DNA of 32,000 bases from Mucisphaera calidilacus (GCF_007748075.1 NZ_CP036280.1:3300001-3332000); one strand, 5' to 3'. Positions 18,142 through 25,131 are shown, counted from the first letter of the stretch. Notes: generated by a model from the sequence alone, not told the origin. Numbers and translations are program-made.

Positions 18142-18311
18142 GCGACGACAGCCTGGACAACTGGGTCGCGGTGCTCCGATGCCCCGTCACCGGCGAGAGG
18201 CTCCGACGCGAGGGCGAGGCTCTGGTCAGTGAGCAATCCGGCCTGCGCTACCCCATCGAGGACGGCCTCCCAATGCTGCTGTCCGAGCACGCCGTCATCA
18301 ATCCAGAGTGA
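18138..18311 (+). CDS. Trm112/YcaR-like small protein (UPF0434 family)
   Basis: Not in the ORF track (57 aa, below its apparent 60-aa floor). Own translation from GTG 18138: VSDDSLDNWVAVLRCPVTGERLRREGEALVSEQSGLRYPIEDGLPMLLSEHAVINPE*. The L.CP....L ... YPI.DG.P.LL pattern is typical of Trm112-like proteins. The GTG overlaps the murA TGA (GTGA). Confidence 0.6.
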   Translation: MSDDSLDNWVAVLRCPVTGERLRREGEALVSEQSGLRYPIEDGLPMLLSEHAVINPE

Positions 18312-18347
18312 ACTATGTTTTTGTCCTGAATGGGTTAAGATCGGTGT

Positions 18348-19217
18348 ATGCCCTCCGAGACCCCATCACTGGACCGAGCTCACAGCAGCCACCCCCGGCA
18401 CTGGCGGCAGTTCCGCGTCGTCTATCCCGTCATGAGCCGCCGCTCGGGCGGGCTGTCGGTCGGCATCAACCTCAGCCCCGACGGCCTGTGCAACTTCGAC
18501 TGCACCTACTGCCAGGTCGATCGCTCGAAGCTCGCCGAGAACGCCCCGGTTGACCTTGACGAACTGCACGGCGAGCTGTCGGTGATGCTCGGCCTGATCC
18601 GCTCGGGCGATTTCTGGACCGACCCTGACTTCGAGGGACTGCCCGAGGACCGGCGGGTGCTCCGCGACCTCTCGTTCTCAGGCAACGGCGAGCCGACCGC
18701 TTCGCCGCTCTTCCCCGCCGCCGTCGATATGGTCCTCGGCCTGCGCGACGCGTCGGGCCTGGACGGCGTGAAAGTCGTCGTGATCACCAACGGGACGCTG
18801 CTGCACCGCGAGCCGGTGAAGAAGGCGATCGGTCGGCTGGGCGACCGCGGCGAGGTATGGGCCAAACTCGACGCGGGGACACAGGCTTACTACGAGAAGA
18901 TTGATCGCTCGGCGGTGCCGCTGGAGCGTTCGGTCGGCAACATGGTGCAGGCGTCGCAGGTCCATCCCCTGACGATCCAGACGATGCTGCTGCGGGACTC
19001 GAGCGGGCCGATGCCCGACACGGAGTTCATGGCCTACATCGCGCGGCTGCGGACGATACTGGACCGGGGCGGCGTGATCACGGGCGTGCAGCTCTACACG
19101 GTCGCGCGTGAGCCCCAGGAATCGGATGTTGAGCCGTTGACGGAGGAAGAGCTGGAGCAGCGTGCGGCCCAGTTGCGCGACGCATTGCCCGAGCTGGATG
19201 TTCGGATTTACCCGTGA
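18348..19217 (+). CDS. Radical SAM domain protein (subfamily not assignable by eye)
   Basis: GINLSPDGLCNFDCTYCQV contains the CX3CX2C cluster motif. LSFSGNGEPT is the GGE-like SAM-binding motif, followed by VVVITNGTLL and VWAKLDAG strands typical of the partial TIM barrel. Confidence 0.8.
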   Translation: MPSETPSLDRAHSSHPRHWRQFRVVYPVMSRRSGGLSVGINLSPDGLCNFDCTYCQVDRSKLAENAPVDLDELHGELSVMLGLIRSGDFWTDPDFEGLPEDRRVLRDLSFSGNGEPTASPLFPAAVDMVLGLRDASGLDGVKVVVITNGTLLHREPVKKAIGRLGDRGEVWAKLDAGTQAYYEKIDRSAVPLERSVGNMVQASQVHPLTIQTMLLRDSSGPMPDTEFMAYIARLRTILDRGGVITGVQLYTVAREPQESDVEPLTEEELEQRAAQLRDALPELDVRIYP

Positions 19218-19478
19218 CGGGGGTGGCGATGTCGCGCACAACGTGACAACTTTACAGATTTTTGCGCTTTTTCGGGTTCAGTAAACACTGCTAACCGGCT
19301 GTTAAACGCTGTTAACGGTCGGGAATGGGTCGGTTTTGGCCGAAAACGGGCTGTTTTCGCGCACAATCTGACACGCGCGACCCCTTGAAAGGTCGCCTTT
19401 GTGCGCGCCGGCCCTTCAGGCGGGATTGGGGGTGCAATCGCGTACTGCTTTGTGGTTTTTGTCTGTCGGGTGTAAGGG
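19218..19478. other. AT-richer intergenic spacer with repeated motifs; candidate oriC-associated or regulatory region
   Basis: A 17-mer TCGCGCACAA-NN-TGACA occurs twice (19232-19248, 19357-19373). Its 9-mer core CGCGCACAA occurs a third time inverted (19399-19407). There is a tandem GCTGTTAA(A)CG (19298-19317) plus GCTGTTTTCG (19350-19359), and a hairpin GCGACC-N8-GGTCGC (19377-19396). The spacer lies next to the + strand GC-skew sign change. Confidence 0.35.
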
Positions 19479-20045
19479 TTGGCGGTCGGGCGGTACCCAG
19501 ACATGTGGGAAGGTGACGTGTTGCCTGAGCGTGAAGAACAATCCGTCTTTCTTGAGTGGCTCGATTCGCACAGCGGGTCGGTGCTCAAGGTCGCTCGGGC
19601 CTACACGCTGACACACGAGGAGTGTCAGGACCTGGCGCAGGAGATCCTGATGCAGGCTTGGAGGTCTCTGCCGGGTTTCGAGGGTCGGGCGCGCCCGTCC
19701 ACGTGGTTCTACCGGGTGGCGCTGCAGACAGCGATGAACTGGAAGCGGAATGACCAGAAACGGCGTCGGTGGCAGAAGCCGCTGCTGGAGCTGGAGGCGG
19801 TCGGGCCGGAGGGGTTGAATGGCGAGGTGCGTGCCGAGCATCGGGAGACGGTGGAGCGGCTGTACGCGGCGATTCACCGGCTGCCCAAGGCGGATACGGC
19901 GCTGGTGCTGCTTTATCTGGAGGCTTTGAGCTACCGGGAGATGGCGGAGGTTCTGGGGCTGTCGGAGAGTCACGTGGGCGTGAAGCTGAACCGTGCGAAG
20001 AAGGCGTTGCGTGTGTTGATGGAAGGGGATGGCGATGAAGCCTGA
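19479..20045 (+). CDS. ECF-type RNA polymerase sigma factor (sigma-70 family, group 4)
   Basis: Region 2 (DLAQEILMQAWRSLPGFEGRARPSTWFYRVALQTAMNWKR) and region 4 HTH (LPKADTALVLLYLEALSYREMAEVLGLSESHVGVKLNRAKKAL). The start is uncertain (ATG 19479, ATG 19503 or GTG 19518). Confidence 0.85.
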   Translation: MAVGRYPDMWEGDVLPEREEQSVFLEWLDSHSGSVLKVARAYTLTHEECQDLAQEILMQAWRSLPGFEGRARPSTWFYRVALQTAMNWKRNDQKRRRWQKPLLELEAVGPEGLNGEVRAEHRETVERLYAAIHRLPKADTALVLLYLEALSYREMAEVLGLSESHVGVKLNRAKKALRVLMEGDGDEA

Positions 20046-21165
20046 TCCGTTGCAGGAGGCTTGGGGTGCGCAGGGCGGGGGCGTGCGCGTGACCAAAGAG
20101 GGTGCTCTGCTGCTGCGTGAGGTTCAGCGGAACCAGCGCTATCTCGATCAACTCGTGCGCCTGCGCGACTACCGCGAGGTGGGTGTGGCGCTGATGCTGA
20201 TCGTGGCGTGGTTCGCGATGTCGCTGCTGGTGCCCGAGATGCTGTGGACGTGGTACCTGAGCGTGCCCATGTTCATCTGGATCACGGTCTTCATGCTGGT
20301 GTTCCGTCATCGGTATGGGTTGTTGCGTAGCCGCGCGGATGACGCGCTGGTTGAGCAGGCTCGTGAGAGCCTGCGTCAGGTGGAGGACCAGATCTGGCTG
20401 CTGCGAAACGTGATGTGGTGGTACATCCTGCCGTTGACGGTCCCGGGGGCGATCTGGGCCGTGCACCTGGGCGTGGCGACGTCGGATTCGGGTGTGTGGG
20501 AGTCGGCGGTGCTGACGCTGATGCTGCTGGGGCTGTTTGTCTTCGTGGTTTGGATGACGTATCGCGTGAATCGTGTTGCGGTGCGGGATGAGCTGGAGCC
20601 GCGTCGCGATGAGTTACTTGAGCTGCTGCGTGGACTGGATGTGGAAGCCGATGAGGAGAACGCGATGACGGGTCGCCAGCGTTTCGGTTTTGGCGGGTAT
20701 CTGGGCATGCTGCTGGTGGTTTGTGTGATCTCGGCGGTTGTGCTCCCGACGGGTCTGGCCGCGACGGAGTGGGTTCGGGGTGTGGTGACAACGCCTCCCG
20801 TTGAGGGTGTGGATTTCCCGCGTCTGTCGCCTTTCGAGGCGGTCGACTGGGGTGACGGTGATTCATCGGTGCCGAGGGTCAAGGTCGACGGGGTGTGGTA
20901 TTTCCTGGGATCGATCGACGCGGTGCCCATTGATGATCTGGTTGAGTTCAGCAAGGCGACGTACGGCGAGCGCTGGCAGAAGCGTATTGATGAAGACCTC
21001 GTGGAGGTGATGACGCTGATGGGGCATGCGCCGGGCGAGACGGTGCGGCTGCGGATGGTCACCGTCGAGACCACCGAGTTCGCGTTCCTGAAAGATGTGG
21101 CGATGACCGAGGCGAACCGCAGGGCGGTTCGCGAGGCACGGCGTGGGGGTGAAGTTTCGCCTTGA
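20035..21165 (+). CDS. Multi-pass membrane protein co-transcribed with the ECF sigma factor; putative non-canonical anti-sigma or sensor partner
   Basis: The ATG at 20035 overlaps the sigma-factor stop codon (ATGAAGCCTGA) and GGAAGGGG lies 6 nt upstream. About 5 hydrophobic helices (VALMLIVAWFAMSLLV, WYLSVPMFIWITVFMLVF, WWYILPLTVPGAIWAVHLGV, AVLTLMLLGLFVFVVWMTY, YLGMLLVVCVISAVVLP) precede a ~130-aa soluble C-terminal domain. The functional call rests on gene context only. Confidence 0.5.
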   Translation: MKPDPLQEAWGAQGGGVRVTKEGALLLREVQRNQRYLDQLVRLRDYREVGVALMLIVAWFAMSLLVPEMLWTWYLSVPMFIWITVFMLVFRHRYGLLRSRADDALVEQARESLRQVEDQIWLLRNVMWWYILPLTVPGAIWAVHLGVATSDSGVWESAVLTLMLLGLFVFVVWMTYRVNRVAVRDELEPRRDELLELLRGLDVEADEENAMTGRQRFGFGGYLGMLLVVCVISAVVLPTGLAATEWVRGVVTTPPVEGVDFPRLSPFEAVDWGDGDSSVPRVKVDGVWYFLGSIDAVPIDDLVEFSKATYGERWQKRIDEDLVEVMTLMGHAPGETVRLRMVTVETTEFAFLKDVAMTEANRRAVREARRGGEVSP

Positions 21166-22233
21166 TCAGCCGAGTTGTTTGAAGCCTTGTTCGAGCATCT
21201 CGGCGGTCATGTCCCAGCCGATGCACTCGTCGGTGACGGAGACGCCTCGTTTGAGCTGGGTGAGGTCGCCGGGGATGTCCTGCCGGCCGGGTTCGAGGTT
21301 GGACTCGATCATGACGCCTGTGATGGGGCAGTCGTTCTGCCGGCGTTGCTGGAGGATGGAGTTCCAGACGACCTGCTGCTGCTCGTGCTTCTTGCCTGAG
21401 TTGGCGTGTGAGCAGTCGACCATGATGCCGGCGGGGAGGCCAGCGGCTTTGAGTTTCTGGGAGGCTTCGGCGACGTTCTCGGGGTCGTAGTTAGTTTTGC
21501 CGGAGCCGCCTCGGAGGATGACGTGGCCCCAGCGGTTGCCGGTGGTGGCGACGACGCAGCAGCGTCCGTCCTCGTCGACGCCTAGGAAGTGGTGGGGTGC
21601 CTTGGCGGACTTCATGGCGTCGATGGCGACCTGGAGGTTGCCGTCGGTGGCGTTTTTGTAGCCGACGGGCATGGAGAGGCCGGAGGCCATCTGCCGGTGT
21701 GTCTGCGACTCGGTGGTGCGTGCGCCGATGGCGGCCCAGGAGACCATGTCGTCGAGGTACTGGGGTGTGAAGGGGTCTAGGAACTCGGTGGCGGTGGGGA
21801 GTCCCATGGCGGTGATGTCGAGGAGGAGTTTGCGTGCGATGCGCAGGCCCTCGGACATCTGGAAGCTGCCGTCGAGGAGGGGGTCGTTGATGAGCCCTTT
21901 CCAGCCGACGGTGGTTCGCGGTTTTTCGAAGTAGGTCCGCATGACGATGACCATGCGGTCGGTGTAGGCGGCTCGGCAGGCGAGGAGTCGTTCGGCGTAT
22001 TCGAGGGCGGCGTCGGGGTCGTGGATGGAGCAGGGCCCGATGACGACGAGGAGCCTGGGGTCTTCGCCTGAGAGGATGGCCTTGATGGTGTTGCGTGACT
22101 GGATGACGGTTCGTCGGCTGGCGTCGGAGAGGGGGAGTGCCTGCTCGAGGTCGCGTGGCGCGGTGAGGGGCGTGATGGACTGGACGTGGACGTTCTGGGT
22201 GGGCGTCAGGTCGACGTTCTGGGGGGTGGTCAC
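21166..22233 (-). CDS. aroG: 3-deoxy-7-phosphoheptulonate (DAHP) synthase, class I
   Basis: [51 protein letters not shown] and DCSHANS are class I-alpha DAHP synthase motifs. GTG start at 22233 with GGAG 7 nt upstream. The isozyme type (F/G/H) cannot be determined. Confidence 0.9.
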   Translation of the reverse strand: MTTPQNVDLTPTQNVHVQSITPLTAPRDLEQALPLSDASRRTVIQSRNTIKAILSGEDPRLLVVIGPCSIHDPDAALEYAERLLACRAAYTDRMVIVMRTYFEKPRTTVGWKGLINDPLLDGSFQMSEGLRIARKLLLDITAMGLPTATEFLDPFTPQYLDDMVSWAAIGARTTESQTHRQMASGLSMPVGYKNATDGNLQVAIDAMKSAKAPHHFLGVDEDGRCCVVATTGNRWGHVILRGGSGKTNYDPENVAEASQKLKAAGLPAGIMVDCSHANSGKKHEQQQVVWNSILQQRRQNDCPITGVMIESNLEPGRQDIPGDLTQLKRGVSVTDECIGWDMTAEMLEQGFKQLG

Positions 22234-22331
22234 CGCGTGGCTCCGGTCGTGGGGGGCTGGGTCCGATCGGTGGGATCGGACGGACTAGTGTATCGACCGG
22301 ATCGAGGTTCACATGTTGTTAGCGTGCGGGG

Positions 22332-23546
22332 TTATTCGGGTCTTCGGATGACGTATCCGACGCCGCCTCGTCCGATCCATGCCCGTGCGAGTTCGTGGTT
22401 TCGGTAGATGACGCCGTTGCCGCGGTCGCGTGAGGCGGAGTCGTTGACGATGGCGTCGCCCTCGGGGGTGAGCCCGCGGATGGTGATGAGGTGTCCGTCG
22501 GTGGAGCGCATGACGTTGGAGGGGAATTCGTCGCGTCGGAATCGGATGGAGCAGATGATGGGCTGGCCTTGTGCGATATAGGCCTGGACCTGTCTCCAGT
22601 CGCGGACGCGGACGAGTTCGCCTTCGAGTCCGTGGTGTGAGGCATAGGCGACGGCGCGGTGCCAGTTGCCGAAGATCCGGTTTTCGCGGTCGAAGATGGC
22701 GAAGGCGTTGGTGCGTGTGGGCATGTCGACGCCGAAGTAGGCCATGACCATGGAGGTGGAGGTGGGTGAGCAGATGCGTCCGCGGATGGACTGGTGTTCG
22801 ATGCCCTGGGGTCGGAAGGGGACGGGCAGGTCACGGGCCCAGCCGGCGGGTGGTTCGGGGCTTGTCGTGACGAGGTCGGGGTCGACGCCGTCTTCGATCC
22901 GTCCGGAGTAGACGGTGACGAGTTTGCGGAGCGTGGGCTTGTCGTCGGTTTCGAGGGAGAAGGATTCGAGTCGAGCCTGGAGCTGGTAGGTGTCGGCGGG
23001 CTGGTTGAGGACGAGGTAGTCGATCTCGATTTTGCCGCGGGCGAATTGTGTGGTGACGGGTCGGGAGGGGTCGCGGTCGCCCCAGCTGCCGAGGTAGAGC
23101 CATGGCGACCATTCGCCGGTGGCGATGTCGCGGGCTCGGACGAAGAAGGAGGCGGCGGTGTGTTCGGGCGTGTGGAGGTTCCAGGAGGGCAGGATTTCGG
23201 AGACGGGGAACTCGGTGCGGATTTCGGGTGAGGTCCAGGTGCCGACGCGAGGGTAGCGTTGGCTGTTGTTGGGGAGGGTGATCTCGCCGGTGGGGAGGGT
23301 GATGATGCCTGAGGAGGTGCCTTCGGCCCAGTCGGAGGGGTCCTGATAGCGGACGGTGCGGTCGGCGAAGCGGTAGGGGTTATTGAGCCAGCGTTCGCTG
23401 GGGAAGTCCTCGATGCCTGTGTTGGGCTCGGTGGTCTGAGGCGTGGGTTCGGGCTGTTGTTCTTCTGTGCTGGTGAGGATGGCGCAGCCGGTCAGTGAGG
23501 CGAGGGCGAGGGTCAGGAACAGGATCGCTGGGAGGCGATGCTTCAT
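22332..23546 (-). CDS. Lipoprotein with C-terminal peptidase C39-like (papain-fold cysteine peptidase-like) domain
   Basis: MKHRLPAILFLTLALASLTGC is a signal peptide with lipobox LTGC. The C-terminal half has RGRICSPTSTSMVMAYFG (candidate catalytic Cys context) and DGHLITIRG (candidate His), as in Peptidase_C39_2-type domains. The N-terminal ~230 aa are unassigned. Confidence 0.6.
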   Translation of the reverse strand: MKHRLPAILFLTLALASLTGCAILTSTEEQQPEPTPQTTEPNTGIEDFPSERWLNNPYRFADRTVRYQDPSDWAEGTSSGIITLPTGEITLPNNSQRYPRVGTWTSPEIRTEFPVSEILPSWNLHTPEHTAASFFVRARDIATGEWSPWLYLGSWGDRDPSRPVTTQFARGKIEIDYLVLNQPADTYQLQARLESFSLETDDKPTLRKLVTVYSGRIEDGVDPDLVTTSPEPPAGWARDLPVPFRPQGIEHQSIRGRICSPTSTSMVMAYFGVDMPTRTNAFAIFDRENRIFGNWHRAVAYASHHGLEGELVRVRDWRQVQAYIAQGQPIICSIRFRRDEFPSNVMRSTDGHLITIRGLTPEGDAIVNDSASRDRGNGVIYRNHELARAWIGRGGVGYVIRRPE

Positions 23547-23575
23547 GGTTTTCTCCGTGTGTGGTCGGGACGGTT

Positions 23576-24394
23576 TTAGAAGTCCCAGATCTGGTTCCAG
23601 GCGGTCATCCAGTCGTCGGCTTTGCTCTGGACCTTGAGGGGTTCGACGAGTGTGACGCCATGGCGGCCGAGGAACCGTCTTGCGGTGTCGACGGTTGAGA
23701 GTTCGACGGTGATGGTGCAGGGCGATGCGGGCACCCAGGGCTGGACGCGTTGTTTGTCGAGGTTTTCAAGGGCTCGTCGTGCGCCGGCCTGAATGAGGTC
23801 GCGGGCGACCTTGGGGGGTTTGTGTCGAGCGGAGAACCGTGAGAGTCCGGTTTTGACGGCGACGGCTTCGAGCCCTTCGCCGAGGAGTTCGGTTCCCTCG
23901 CGGCAGGTGACGTCGTCGCCGGTGATGAGGGCGACGGGCACGCCGTGGTGTCCGCAGAGGGCGGTGTTGATGCCGAACTCGCCGACGGAGGTGTCGTTGA
24001 AGATGAGGTTGTCCCAGGTGGTGGTGGAGATGGTGTGGCACATGACGCCCAGGGGCGTTCCGGCCTTGGCGTGCATGCCGACCATGAGTGCGGCGTCGCA
24101 GCCTGTTTCGAACATGTGGGTGTAGCGTCCCCAGGGGTGGTGGGCGACGTATTCGCAGCGTGGGTCGAGTCGTTCGGCGAGGAGGGAGTTGAAGGAGCAG
24201 TCGTCGCCGGCGCCGTGGCAGTCGACGACGTGGATCTCGGTGGCGCCGGCCTCGGCGGCTCCGCGGACGGCGGCGTTGATCTCCTCGGTGTAGAGGAGGC
24301 GGCCTTCTTCGTAGCGTTGCCCGTCGCGGTCGACCATATCCCAGGTACAGATCCCTGAGACGCCTTCCATATCGCTCATGATGAGGACGCGCAT
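23576..24394 (-). CDS. Peptidase M55 family, D-aminopeptidase DppA-like
   Basis: MRVLIMSDMEGVSGI is the characteristic M55 N-terminus, with later HVVDCHG and MVGMHA. ATG 24394 (AGGGAAG upstream) is preferred over the track start at 24433. Confidence 0.8.
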   Translation of the reverse strand: MRVLIMSDMEGVSGICTWDMVDRDGQRYEEGRLLYTEEINAAVRGAAEAGATEIHVVDCHGAGDDCSFNSLLAERLDPRCEYVAHHPWGRYTHMFETGCDAALMVGMHAKAGTPLGVMCHTISTTTWDNLIFNDTSVGEFGINTALCGHHGVPVALITGDDVTCREGTELLGEGLEAVAVKTGLSRFSARHKPPKVARDLIQAGARRALENLDKQRVQPWVPASPCTITVELSTVDTARRFLGRHGVTLVEPLKVQSKADDWMTAWNQIWDF

Positions 24395-24690
24395 GTGTTG
24401 TCTTCCCTGTGCCACCGGGTTTGCAGGCTGCAATGGTGAGCATCATACCCTGAGGGCGGTTGGGTGTGGATGGTCTGGCGTGTGTTTGCGACTCGTGTTC
24501 GTGGCGTGTGGTTGTAGCGATCAGGCTGTTTTCGGCTGTTTTTTTCGGACTCTGGGCGGTTAAGTGAAGGGTGTGTGTGGTCGATGCGTATCCATGTGGC
24601 CATGGTCCGGAAACGGATTCGGGCGGGGCCAGGCGTCGGCGGGCGTTGTGTGCGTCAGCCGTGGGACGAGTTCACCGTTAGGGGACAGCG

Positions 24691-25131
24691 ATGTTGCGTG
24701 ACTGGATTGGGTGTCGTTGGTTGGTTGCGACGGCGGGGGTGGGCATGACGTTGACCCTGGGCGGCTGCATGATGGGTGACAAGCTGCATCTCGATCTGGA
24801 GGCGCCGCGTGGTTCGACGGTGACGTACCGGGGCGACACGGACCCGATGCCGGCGTCGCTGGCGGTGCCGCGGCCGGGGAAGGTGGGCGCGAAGGCGTAC
24901 CGCAAGGAGCTTGAGTTCGAGTTCATCCTCGGCGGCGAGCCGATCGAGGCGGAGGGTGTGCTCGAGACGTACGGGTACGAGGAGCACGATGTTGACCGGC
25001 TGTCGAAGAACTTTCTGAAGATTCAGCCGTCGCACATCCGCGACATCGAGCGTGGGTCGGCGATTGTGCTCAACGGCACGTCGGCGAGCGGACAGCACAT
25101 TTACCAGTTGACGGTCGGCCAGAGCCGCTGA
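24691..25131 (+). CDS. Putative lipoprotein, unknown function
   Basis: N-terminus ...VATAGVGMTLTLGGCMMGD has a lipobox-like LGGC. Protein-like composition. Lies 28 nt upstream of the next lipoprotein gene on the same strand. Confidence 0.5.
   Translation: MLRDWIGCRWLVATAGVGMTLTLGGCMMGDKLHLDLEAPRGSTVTYRGDTDPMPASLAVPRPGKVGAKAYRKELEFEFILGGEPIEAEGVLETYGYEEHDVDRLSKNFLKIQPSHIRDIERGSAIVLNGTSASGQHIYQLTVGQSR

Noticed and set aside
19451-19512. DnaA-box-like words TGTGGTTTT (19451-19459) and TGTGGGAAG (19504-19512) near the skew switch
   Set aside because: Each is only a 6/9 match to TGTGGATAA, and the second lies inside the probable sigma-factor coding region. This is too weak to call DnaA boxes by eye.
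22261-22281. 8-bp stem-loop GTCCGATC-GGTGG-GATCGGAC between the C39-like lipoprotein gene and aroG
   Set aside because: There is no U-tract on the transcribed (minus) strand, so it is not called a terminator. It may be an intercistronic processing or stability element but cannot be supported further.
24378-24563. 61-aa Cys-rich ORF (10 Cys) in the dppA/lipoprotein divergent spacer, which could pass for a small secreted peptide
   Set aside because: The spacer is strongly G/T-rich, which by itself yields Cys/Gly/Val/Phe codons. The ORF overlaps the dppA-like start on the opposite strand, and there is no RBS or signal peptide. I regard it as a composition artefact unless expression data say otherwise.
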